Made by a program: the position numbers and the translations under genes
Part shown: positions 48,447-61,226 of the stretch, in pieces
How positions within the stretch are numbered: position 1 is the stretch's first letter
Layout: each line of letters opens with the position of its first letter
The notes under the pieces: generated by a model
Seen by the model: only the letters and a program-made list of their open reading frames with translations
Told to the model about the DNA's origin: nothing
The model's database searches: none
DNA from: Haliotis rufescens
Taxonomy: Eukaryota
DNA: 64,000 nucleotides
Reading direction: 5' to 3'
Assembly (NCBI RefSeq): GCF_023055435.1
Contig: NW_025963891.1
Coordinates: 9,858,001-9,922,000, forward strand

Positions 48447-51214
48447 ATGAAGACCCTTTTCGCATTTGTTGTCGCTGTTGTAGCAAGCCAGGGTGAGTGT
48501 TTTAAATGGCCATGCCTTCTTACTATCCACTTCTCAGCAGATACGATGGTCGTGGCTAAGGCGCAGCAATATCATATTTACAGATATCCAATTATATGCA
48601 TTCAGTCTTTTTCTTATGTGTTCGAATGTAAACATATTTACATTAATCATTTTTTGACTAATGTTGAGGCGTTGACGTTTTATATTTACATATTTTCAGC
48701 TATGGCCCTGTCGATACAGGATGGAAATGATGAGTGCGCTGATTGCATCACTTTCATTACTGATCGCCAGGAGATGGAACTCGAATCGATTGTACGTAAA
48801 TAATACCGACTATAACCCATGATTGTTCGTAAAAATCGTGCTATTTCCAAACGTGCCCACTAACATATACGTACATGTTTAGAACACTATCTTTTTGATT
48901 ATACACTAATGGTTTATACCCCTACCCTCAACATAATACTTAAAGTAATGGGACCAGTCAACCAAGTGTTCGTTTCGGAATCTACATCTGAATTTTCCAA
49001 TTTCCCAAAATAAATGGGATCTGTCCAGTCTTTGGTAGAATATTGTACTGAACCCTACTCTCATATATTTATCACTATTCTATCTACTACAAATGGATCT
49101 ATTACTACATATATTTAAAGATAAGTTTACCCCAGAACGTAAGGAGGTAAACATGTCACAAATACACTCATGTCTCTTCTCCAGATCTATTGTACTGAGT
49201 TTTTATATAACATGTGTTTCAGGAAGAACAGGAAGCAAAAATGAACAACGTCTGTTCTTCAATGGAACCCAGCAAGGTGGAAGAGGTGAGATAAATAATA
49301 GTTCTCAATAGTAAACAAACGGATTTCATAAACAACAAGATCAGATGTTTCATTGCAAAGAGCAATGTACTGAATATATCACAAGGTAGATAATTAAAAA
49401 GGTACAATAATCTATATTCATAGCAAACTGTGTTGATCCTTAACGCTGTGAATTAGATAAACTAATATTCTTGAAGTTAATATTATAAAAACGCGTATTT
49501 GCAGTGTAAGACAAAAGTGCAGAAAATATGCCAGAAGAAGAAGGACAAAGTCAACAGTCAGGTAACTGTTAATTTTTACATCATCCGAAATCCTGCTCCA
49601 ATCAATGGACTTATCATGAAGCACAAGATTGCGTCAGCTTACACTTGCATATACTGACATCATGAAAAAGGTGATTGATGCAAAAAGTTCAGGAATGTAC
49701 CAATCAGATGGAATTTAGATACCCGGGGAAGGAGATGAAAAACTCTATATCAGCATTTCAGCTTACATTTCCTTTATCAGAATTATAACCTTTACCATGT
49801 TTTCACTGAGTTACACAAAATGCTGAGGATTGGACTATGATTTTACCCTTTAACTCTTTAATTATTATTGTACACTGCAAGTAAGCAAAAGGATTTGGTT
49901 TTACAACATATCATGTAATTGTGTTCACCTTCACAGAGCCCTGAAGCCATCTGTAAAGCCACCAAGTACTGCCCGTCGCTTGATACCGCCAACATGAACA
50001 CACCTACAAACAAGGCAAGATTAATACCTAGTACCAGTCCTCTAGTCAACAGGTTTAGTGAGTATAACTCATCAAACTTACACACAATCAAATGAATGTC
50101 TTAACGTGTTCATGATTTGTACAATTTACTGGGTTAGAAAGTAGGTTCTACTTTCGTCACACTTATTGTGCTGCAATATTATTGTTACATTGGTTACAAA
50201 CGAAAGTTTAAAAACTGTAGGCATAATGATGCATTCAATTTGTCATTTCATGTTTCGTAGGTCCAAGGGAGACGGCGATGCAAGGACTGCAAGAACTTTC
50301 TAAAAGACGTCAAAGAAAGGCAAATGGTCACTGTTGTGAGTGACAAATATTGAGAAGGTTTAATCACTCCTATGTTGGTCTGGCACATTTACATTATTTC
50401 CCAAACTACATAAAACATGTACCATCTTGTTTTAAGTAAAATAACTAATCGTACACGTTGATGTAATGCAATCATAACATCATGACAACGTGTAGTTAAA
50501 AACGTTTCTTTTACAGGCCTCTGTAAAGGAACTGATCGAAACCATGTTCTGTGAAAAGCTCAGCGAAGACCGCCAGGAACAGGTGTGTATATAGTTATCC
50601 AATCATTGTTCAGTTTTCTGATTATGATATAAATTCAGTAGTTCTTTCCTTATTGTAGTCCTAGACAATCCATGTGTTTGACACCATGAGTATCGGATAC
50701 AATGACGTGCACCATTCAAGTCAGCTAGCCTGACCATCTGATCCCGTAGGTCGCCCCTCATATTGTGTTACAGTTAATTTCATAATCAGTCATGATACAT
50801 ATTCTTATTTCATTATATAATGTGTGTATGTATACAATTTCACGTTCATCTAATTATGTTTGAGCATTCTGTGTACTCTGTTTCAGTGTGCTTACTTTCT
50901 AGATGCAGCAATCGAAATCGAAATCGAGCTACTAGATTTGGTGGTAAGTAAATGTTGGATGTATAAGTGAGATACTCATTGTTTTGATATTTACATAAAC
51001 TTACACTTTACAGCCATATATGTCGATTTCTTAAGACATATCCATTAAGGACACTTATCAATATGTATGATCGGAATGAAGTATAAAACCTGGATCGTAA
51101 GAGTTAAAAGACTACTGTTTATTTAATTAAAACTATGTAAAAGAATGGAACTTTTTTTTATTACAGAATGTTAAAACGTCATGCAAACTACTTGGTATGT
51201 GTGGTGCCAACTAG
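48447..51214 (+). CDS. Copy F: secreted two-domain saposin-like protein, intact
   Basis: Exons 48447-48492, 48700-48791, 49223-49285, 49505-49561, 49937-50014, 50261-50335, 50517-50582, 50887-50943, 51167-51214. Frame open throughout, all 13 Cys kept, splice sites conserved, TATA at 48393. Confidence 0.9.
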
Positions 51215-53960
51215 TTGTAAGGTGAGTTGTATTGAACGTGATATAGGCGAGGTAAGGTGACGTGAGGCGGGATGAGTTTTAACATCGCGTTCAAGATTAT
51301 TGCACTCCATGTGGCGGCTTGTTCTCGTCCGGACTTTATAGTGCTTGCTCACTGAGATGCCATGTCGCAGTTTCACATAGAAACCCCACTCTGACACATT
51401 ATACTCAGACACCGAGCCGGCCAGTGCTTGTTGATGGTTGATGTTGCGCTAAAGCACACACGGATGCTTTTGAACATTGCTACTCTCCTTTTACAAATTG
51501 AAATTATATACTGTTTCGTGTTGATTCCCAAATTGTAATAGTATGTTAATCCAGAAGTCTGAACGTAAAAGAACTTCGTGTGAAACCAACAAACAACCAG
51601 CATGTTGTATACAATCAACAAATGAATTACAAAAATTAACTGGGTTTACAAATCAGGACAAATTACTCCACATTAATTACAATGGCGCCTCGGGCAGACG
51701 CCCTGTCCAATACACCACGGAGGTTTTCCTTCTGTCTACGCAATAGTTACACCGCTGTCTGAGGAACAAGTTTCGGTTGGAACTATTGACTGTTTGTTTC
51801 GTTTACTTCAACGCCACAATCAGCACTATTCCAGCTATATGAAGGCCTGTCTGAACCAGACACGCAATCAGCCAAATTACCGAGTCTGGCCACTCGACCC
51901 ATTAAGTCGCCTCTAACGACCAGCATAGGTTGATTGGGAGAAATACTTACTCTGGACCAACTGTCTTCTGCTCCCCGGACGGATGCTCTGTCCACTCTAC
52001 TGATGACTAGTCATGATATGAAATATTCTTACATTATTACACATGACACGGTTAACTTCAGTGTGTATTTTTGGTATTGCAGATGCTGACAATGCTGCCT
52101 CTCGATCCTTCAGCGCACACGAACAACGTCACGTGTAAAACATTGTCAATAAAACTTTGCATTTGACCAGAGTACTGTTGTTGCTTGGACGGTTTATTTG
52201 AGATATGGAGATCATTTGTTGAACCTGTGTCATATAATAGGCACGTGAAAATTATTTAGCAATCGAATCCTAGTGGAACGCCATTTATCACACCATACAT
52301 AACATAGACTCTCCACAGTCAAGAACGCAAAGAAATTGGTCCAGGCTGGTCAACTGATGATCAAATGAAACTACTTTAACACGTTTTTCTATTATCGTTC
52401 TATTTTGAGGATAGAGGAAATGAGTTGGGTTTGGTTTGTCCAAGGAACGGAACTCTGCACGGCGAATAGCGGCGCCTCAGACGACTGAACCAATCGCATC
52501 CTCATCCTTGAGGATAGACCATTATGCGGTGAACTAAATACTCAGAACCAGACATTATACGATTAAATGAGGAGACACATGTATACAGGATCAAGACAAA
52601 TGGACATAATAAGTTGTCACCAGTTAATTCCTGAAACAAATTGAAATAAAACGGTTATTGGCAAATGAACCCATTACGATTACTATTTTCAACAGATATC
52701 CTAAGAAAATAAACAGAACGAAGCTATCGCGTGTACAGCAAAGAGTGAGTGAGTTTAGGTTAACGCCTCTTTGAACAGTACGTCAGTTTCATCAGCACTC
52801 GTGATGGGTGCTATAATGCTATGTCACACATGGGTGCTCTTGAATATTAATACTCTCTTTTGATTAATTGAAATTATATTCACTGCTCCACGGCTCAGTC
52901 ATATATATCCGCTTCACCCACGGGCACTTTACCGGGGATCATGGTACATGTGACGGGTAATCGTGACCTAGTGTCGCACGGGATATGATGTGGTAGTGCA
53001 TGGTTGCCTAGCATTGGACAATAAGTGAAGGAAACATTACATTCCTTAGAACTATTATCAGATGGATACCAGACCTATCCTTCATTTGAATGGTTAAAGC
53101 TTCACCAACGTTACAAACTTTTAACTCAGAACTTATCAACTTGAAATATTTGAATAAACTTTAATTTTAAAGTCTCTGCAATGAGCATGACCTTTCACGG
53201 GGCACAAAGTGCTCTTGTCTCACAAGGTAAGAGATTCAGTCTAACTAGTGGTCTGGTGACTCTCTTGGAACATCTCCTTTCAGTCTCTTCACATTCCTGC
53301 TGTAGTACAGTAGGTCTGGTATTCATCTCGTCAGGCACTGATAATGATGTACTCGTAGTGTCTTGATGGTCATCTGGCTTCCACTGCTCAGTTGTCTTGT
53401 TGCTGGACATTACTGAATCTCACTTACAGTCACGGTATCTGCCGTCCTAGTAGTTTCCTCCCACATATGAGTGAGTGAGGAATGAGTATGGTTTTACGCC
53501 ACTTCTACATTGCAACAATATCACGAAAGGGACACCGGAACATGGGCTTCATGCATTGTACTCAGGTGGGAATAAAACCCGGGTGTTTGCCGTGACGAAC
53601 TAACACTTTTACAACTAGGCTACCTCATCGTCCCTGTGATGTGCAGTACTACAGTATATTTGTTTTGTTTATATTTAATTCACTTACTTTATTTGAATGT
53701 TCATCTGGAATATAATTATATATTAATCATAAAATATCGTAAAATATCACTGACATTAAATGTTTGGAGAATTGACATTACCTGAAGTTGATGTCATAAT
53801 GCGTTATCACCCAAATAGATGTTATCCCACACCAGGGTGGTGAACACATTGCCGCGAAATCCATAGGGAACATCGGTTTCATGCTGTAATTTTGTTTTGT
53901 CGTCAAAGCCGTATCAAGAGTCACCGAGTAGGAAACGCCGTGTCCTAACGAGTTGAGTAG
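48870..53960 (+). repeat. Near-identical direct repeat of ~58865-64000 (period ~10 kb)
   Basis: Introns and intergenic DNA match almost base for base; paired ORFs in the track are identical (49093/59104, 49418/59429, 53195/63238). Confidence 0.9.
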
Positions 53961-54339
53961 CTGCTGTAATTTGGTAGACCCTTTAATGTGTCTTTAGGGC
54001 CACACCTAAAGCAAAGTGTTTTCGCATCAGCTTTCCACCACAGAGAAAAGACGAATTATGTCTTGTGAAAGAGAAAGTATTTTTCTGGTTGTTATTTCCT
54101 TTTATTTCCACCAACTGCCGTTCTTTTAATACTTTTCTCAATTATCTAAATACGAAAATTTCTTGAAGGCTTTAATGCGAGATGTTCAGATTATATACAC
54201 ATTTAGAGTACTGTTTATAACATGACGCATGGTACCGCATTTCTGTACATACTGGGTCCGAGTACCAAATACGGGTCTCTTGTTTTCTCTTCAAGGATCA
54301 ATTTTTGTTTTGATCGCCTTCATACATTTTGTCCTGTCC

Positions 54340-56430
54340 ATTTTGTGACCTAGATCAGAAGATGTTTTGGACTTTAAATCGACGTGGGAACCAATTGCAT
54401 GCCTTGAAGCAGAAGGTGTGCAAACAAGAAATGCCCAAGAAATCTGTACCATAATGCCAAACCATATGAAACAGGTATCAAGCGACCAAGATGAGCTTCA
54501 CTTTGATCAAGAGGTTAGGAAGCACATTGAGGGACACGTGGAAAGGATACGTTTGGACATACAGGGCACTGACCAGTCATCAGTTGATCTTCTAACAAGT
54601 CCAGGGGAAAAAAAAAAAATTTGCAAAACCCCAAAACGCAAACAAGGCTGCTGGTATGGACAACATGTTTTTTGAACATCTTTGATATGGTGGAAAATAC
54701 CTTACAAAGTGCTTGTCAGAACACTTTAACCTCGTTATTACATCTGGATACATTCCTGCCCAATGGAAAAGAGGCACTATCATACCGATATTCAAAGGAG
54801 GCAACATGTCTCGCGTGTTACCGGATTCCTATCGAGGGGTAACCCTATTGCCGGTTATATACAAGGTATTTGAAGTCATTGTAAGTAGTAGAATCCAACA
54901 GCTCACCAACAGTGAATCCTTTCCATGTATACAACAACGTGGTTTCTAGAAAGGCCTTTCCTCCAGTGACACCTCCTTAATTGTACAAGAATCAATACTT
55001 CATAAAGAACGATCGGACGCCATCAACTTAGCCTTCTTAGACAGTTCAAAAGCGTTTGACGCAGTATGACACCAAGGACTTTTATACAAGCTGTATCATC
55101 TTGGAATCCCAGATGCACTGTGGGGGATATTTGACAATAGATACAAGTTCATCGAGAGCAGCGTCCTTGTTAATAACACAAGATCATACTGGTTTCCGTT
55201 ATCAAGAGGTGTTCGGCAAGGAAGCGTCCTGTCGGCAAAACTCTACCTGCTATACATAGATGAACTGTGAGAGAAACTGTCCACCAGCAAACTTGGTGCA
55301 GTGATCTTGGATATCCATGTAATGGCACCCACTCAAGCGGACGATATAGCAATTGTTAGTCCAGTATCAGCAAATCTGCAGAAGATGATGACCATATGTG
55401 AAAGATATGGTTCAGACTGGCGGTTCTCTTTTTATCTCCTTCCAAGAGCCAGATAGTCAGATATAGTGACAGAAAAGCAGCTGCTTCTAGTGTTGTACTC
55501 TATGGACGTGATATCCCAGTGACAATTGAGCTTAAGCACGTTGGTTATATTGAACACTGAATTTAACTCATGGTAGAGAACTCTGGAGAGCTGCTCAAAG
55601 ATGAAAGCATCAGCCATGACTTTTCAACATCAGGAAACTATTCTTTCTTGGCCACCTCTGTAATTGTTCTAATCATCTGCTTTCTAAGAAGGTTTTTATG
55701 ACTCGTATCTCCATGTATATACATAAGTGTTCATTCACAAGTATGGGCTTTGTCCCAGACAAATGTCGCATCCTCCACAAGTATTCATTATACTGTCACC
55801 TGGAGGCATTTCTTAGTTCCAGTACATCCCTGGAGCGGAAGATATGGAAAAGGACAGTCAAAGAAGCCGTGAATACTTTTGAAGTACCAGCATGTCGGGA
55901 AAGACTTTCATCAGAAACTGACACTGTGCACTTTGAGAGTATTCACACGTGGCGAGGAGGATAGCTCGAGAGTGTCCTGAGCTAAAGTCAGCTGCCTGTT
56001 TTGCTGTCAACATTTGTGCGATGTGGAGACCGGGGAAATTACATGGTATCTGTTCACAGTGTAGTATTAACTACCATGACTTACTGACTCACGTACGGTG
56101 CCACTGTGTGAGTAAGAGAACAATAAGAGAGAACTTATGGTGTGACATTGTGTGTATAGGTCCCGTTGACATCAGCGTTGAACTCCACAACAAATCAGGT
56201 TATGTTTGCTGTCCTGTAAGCCACCTTTGGATACTGATCCAGATACCAGTGGCTCTTACTCACGAAGTGAAATTCGAGGACTATACCGCTTTCATTATAT
56301 GGACGGAATTTACTAACAAAATACGTTACCACAGTGGTATATGGTGGTATACTCTGACAATGTAATAATTTTCATGTACTTATCTTTAATATTATACCTT
56401 GTAACTCTCCTATTGAGGAATAAAAGTGTA
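54340..56430 (+). mobile_element. 5'-truncated LINE (CR1/L2-group-like), degraded RT
   Basis: PAQWKRGTIIPIFKG, YRGVTLLPVIYKVFE, QQRGF, LDSSKAFDAV, GVRQGSVLS, QADD; many stops and frameshifts; ends near AATAAA at ~56418. Absent from the paralogous units. Confidence 0.85.
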
Positions 56431-57872
56431 CTTCTCCCTTTCTTTTAATACTTTTAATTACCTCTGCACAAAGTTTCTTGGAGGCTTTCATGCGAGGAAT
56501 TCAGATTATATACACATTTAGAGTACTGTTTTATAACATGACGCATGGTACCGCGCTTCTGTACATGCTGGGTCCGAGTTCCCAATCTGTAATAAAATCT
56601 GGTCATCTCCTTTCAGTCGTGCATCCTGTAAAGATTTGTCAGCATTTGGATCACATCTGATAAGGGTCTCTTGTTTTGTCTTCAAGGATGTTTCATCAAC
56701 AATAACTTTAGTCTTTTTAATGATGACACACTCCTTAGGAAGTATATGATTTGATCGCCTTCATACTTTTTGTCCTGAGTTATTTTGGATCTAAGAACAA
56801 TCCTTGTCATTTTAAGGGATGGTTAAGAGGTTGATACATCTGTATCTCCATGTTGAGGGGAAGGTTCACAGGTAAACACATCTGCCTCTCCATCAACATG
56901 TCGTAAACACACCGGACACCATGAACTGTACGTTCCATAAACCGTCGATTGCAGTAGCGGCGATAAATTGCGTGTCACTGCACTTGGACGGCGTAAGACT
57001 TTGATTATACAAAGAAGGTATAAGACGCCGTTCCCAGGCGAAACTATAATGTGTATGTCACCAGGATATAGTTCGAATGTTGCCGATTGCTTCCTAATCA
57101 ATAAAATAAAATAAAATCTACTAAAAATGTACTGGCATAAACAATTCAGAAACAACAAATACAGAACCCACCTAGATGAAACACATCAAACCATAATACA
57201 CAAAATGCCATGTCTATTTGGAATTAATTAAAACACAAATGATTACATGCAACTGAATTGTTAAGGCAATGGAAACTAAACACTCACTTATGTGGTAATT
57301 AATCAGGTGTGAAACTGGAAAGTAAAGTTGATAAATGAACATGAGTATAATTACTACATATTCTTTGTTTGGTTCAAATACAAATCTGAAGACAAAATTG
57401 TCAAAATGAAAACGTTCGTACTCATGATCATCGGATGCTGGCTTCCCTAAGGGGCGTAACTCTTGACTGCCAATTACGGAACAATAGGCGACTGCACCCT
57501 TATCTCCCTCCATGTCATATATTACAGAAATTTATAATCTAACAGATACTAAGAACGACCACCATTGTATTGACTGTATTTGTATAAACTGCCGGATAAA
57601 GAAAGTATACATTTGACAAGGGATTTTGACAAACGTTGTCAAAAGGTTACCAAGCTGAAAACAGTCGCCGAAACACTGCAAAACTTAAGGTATAAATCTA
57701 TGAAATACATCACCATCGAATAATCATGTTTGTTTGTTTCAATTTTAGCAACAATAAGAAATGTGTTTACACTTTCTTTTGCCCGAAAGTTTACATCTCT
57801 TGACAAATTCTCAAGAAGAATACATGCAAGCGTTTTAGGAAAGACGTTTCTGTTTATCACCTGACTTTTGGA

Positions 57873-58038
57873 GAGTGAGTGAGAGAGTGGGTGAATTTGG
57901 TTTTACGCCGCTTTTAGCAATATTCAAGCAATATCACGGCGGGGGACACCAGAAATGGACTTCATCCATGTGAAGAATGGAACCCGGGTCTTCGGCGTGA
58001 CGAGCGAACGCTTTATCAACTAGGCTACCTCACCGCCC
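57873..58038 (-). mobile_element. tRNA-derived SINE (family 1) upstream of copy G
   Basis: Same position and flanks as the copy upstream of F. Confidence 0.88.
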
Positions 58039-58472
58039 AACTGACTCTTGTAGCATTGGCAATGTCAGATAATTGACATAGTTTAGTAATCATGTAGATG
58101 CAAAACAAATTCAGTCAGCTGTTGACTAGTTACGACTCTTGAGTTCTTTCATCATGTCAATTGATTGTAGGGTGTATCACCATGGTCAACAGTAGGTGGC
58201 AAAGAGATCTAATCGAGAGAGATATCAAAAACAGGTTATTTTATTAAGAACGCGACAATTATTGTCTCAACATGTGTAGGTTTCAAACAGAGAATATTCG
58301 TTAAGAACAGGACATCTGTCTGAATCGTCTAGTTGAATTAGTTTGCTGTTAATTAAAGCCATCCTACTGTGCGCTGTGATTGACTAAGTCACCAACTATG
58401 AAGAATCGGAACATATATAAAGCTTTACATTTAAACACATCACAACAGTTGAATTTCTCAGCTTCAAGGACA

Positions 58473-61226
58473 ATGAAGACTTTTTTCGCATTTGTAGTCG
58501 CTGTTGTAGCAAGTCAAGGTGAGTGTTTTAAATGGCCATGCCTTCTTACTATCCACTTCTCAGTAGATACGATGGTCGTGGCTAAGGCGCAGCAATATGA
58601 TATTTACGGAAATCCAATTATATGCATTAATTCTTTTTCTGATGTGTTCGAATCTAAACATATTTACATTAATTATTTTTTGACTAAAGTTGACGCGTTG
58701 ACGTTTTATATTTACATGTTTTCAGCTATGGCCCTGTCGATACAGGATGGAAATGATGAGTGCGCTGATTGCATCGCTTTCATTACTGATCGCCAGGAGA
58801 TGGAACTCGAATCGATTGTACGTAAATAATACCGACTATAACCCATGATGGTTCGTAAAAATCGTACCCACTAACATATACGTACATGTTTAGAACATTA
58901 TCTTTTTGATTATACACTAATGGTTTATACCCCTAACCTCAACATAATACTTAAAGTAATGGGACCAGTCAACCAAGTGTTCGTTTCGGAATCTACATCT
59001 GAATTTTCCAATTTCCCAAAATAAATGGGATCTGTCCAGTCTTTGGTAGAATATTGTACTGAACCCTACTCTCATATATTTATCACTATTCTATCTACTA
59101 CAAATGGATCTATTACTACATATATTTAAAGATAAGTTTACCCCAGAACGTAAGGAGGTAAACATGTCACAAATACACTCATGTCTCTTCTCCAGATCTA
59201 TTGTACTGAGTTTTTATATAACATGTGTTTCAGGAAGAACAGGAAGCAAAAATGAACAACGTCTGTTCTTCAATGGAACCCAGCAAGGTGGAAGAGGTGA
59301 GATAAATAATAGTTCTCAATAGTAAACAAACGGATTTCATAAACAACAAGATCAGATGTTTCATTGCAAAGAGCAATGTACTGAATATATCACAAGGTAG
59401 ATAATTAAAAAGGTACAATAATCTATATTCATAGCAAACTGTGTTGATCCTTAACGCTGTGAATTAGATAAACTAATATTCTTGAAGTTAATATTATAAA
59501 AACGCGTATTTGCAGTGTAAGACAAAAGTGCAGAAAATATGCCAGAAGAAGAAGGACAAAGTCAACAGTCAGGTAACTGTTAATTTTTACATCATCAGAA
59601 ATCCTGCTCCAATCAATGGACTTATCATGAAGCACAAGATTGCGTCAGCTTACATTTGCATATACTGACATCATGAAAAAGGTGATTGATGCAAAAAGTT
59701 CAGGAAAGTACCAATCAGATGGAATTTAGATACCCGGGGAAGGAGATGGAAAACTCTATATCAGCATTTCAGCTTACATTTCCTTTATCAGAATAATAAC
59801 CTTTACCATGATTTCACTGAGTTACACAAAATGCTGAGAATTGGACTATGATTTTACCCTTTAACTCTATAATTATTATTGTACACTGCGAGTAAGCAAA
59901 AGGATTTGGTTTTACAACATATCATGTAATTGTGTTCACCTTCATAGAGCCCTGAAGCCATCTGCAAAGCCACCAAGTACTGCCCGTCGCTTGATACCGC
60001 CAACATGAACACACCTACAAACAAGGCAAGATTAATACCTAGTACCAGTCCTCTAGTCAACAGGTTTAGTGAGTATAACTCATCAAACTTACACACAATC
60101 AAATGAATGTCTTAACGTGTTCATGATTTGTACAATTTACTGGGTTCGAAAGTAGGTTCGTCTTTCGTCACACTTATTGTGCTGCAATATTATTGTTACA
60201 TTGGTTACAATCTAAAGTTTAAAAACTGTAGGCATAATGATGCATTCAATTTGTCATTTCATGTTTCGTAGGTTCAAGGGAGACGGCGATGCAAGGACTG
60301 CAAGAACTTTCTAAAAGACGTCAAAGAAAGGCAAATGGTCACTGTTGTGAGTGACAAATATTGAGAAGGTTTAATCACTCCTATGTTGGTCTGGCACATT
60401 TACATTATTTCCCAAACTACATAAAACATGTACCATCTTGTTTTAAGTAAAATAACTAATCGTACACGTTGATGTAATGCAATCATAACATCATGACAAC
60501 GTGTAGTTAAAAACGTTTCTTTTACAGGCCTCTGTAAAGGAACTGATCGAAACCATGTTCTGTGAAAAGCTCAGCGAAGACCGCCAGGAACAGGTGTGTA
60601 TATAGTTATCCAATCATTGTTCAGTTTTCTGATTATGATATAAATTCAGTAGTTCTTTCCTTATTATAGTCCTAGACAATCCATGTGTTTGACACCATGA
60701 ATATCGGATACAATGACGTGCACCATTCAAGTCAGCTAGCCTGACCATCTGATCCCGTAGGTCGCCCCTCATATTGTGTTACAGGTAATTTCATAATCAG
60801 TCATGATACATATTCTTATTTCATTATATAATGTGTGTATGTATACAATTTCACGTTCATCTTATTATGTTTGAGCATTCTGTGTACTCTGTTTCAGTGT
60901 GCTGACTTTCTAGATGCAGCAATCGAAATCGAAATCGAGCTACTAGATTTGGTGGTAAGTAAATGTTGGATGTATAAGTGAGATACTCATTGTTTTGATA
61001 TCTACATAAACTTACACTTTACAGCTATATATGTCGATTTCTTAAGACATATCCATTAAGGACACTTATCAATATGTATGATCGGAATGAAGTATAAAAC
61101 CTGGATAGTAAGAGTTAAAAGACTACTGTTTATTTAATTAAAACTATGTAAAAGAATGGAACTTTTTGTTTATTACAGAATGTTAAAACGTCATGCAAAC
61201 TACTTGGTATGTGTGGTGCCAACTAG
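58473..61226 (+). CDS. Copy G: secreted two-domain saposin-like protein, intact
   Basis: Exons 58473-58518, 58726-58817, 59234-59296, 59516-59572, 59948-60025, 60272-60346, 60528-60593, 60898-60954, 61179-61226. Differs from F at 3 aa by hand count. TATA at 58414. Confidence 0.9.
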
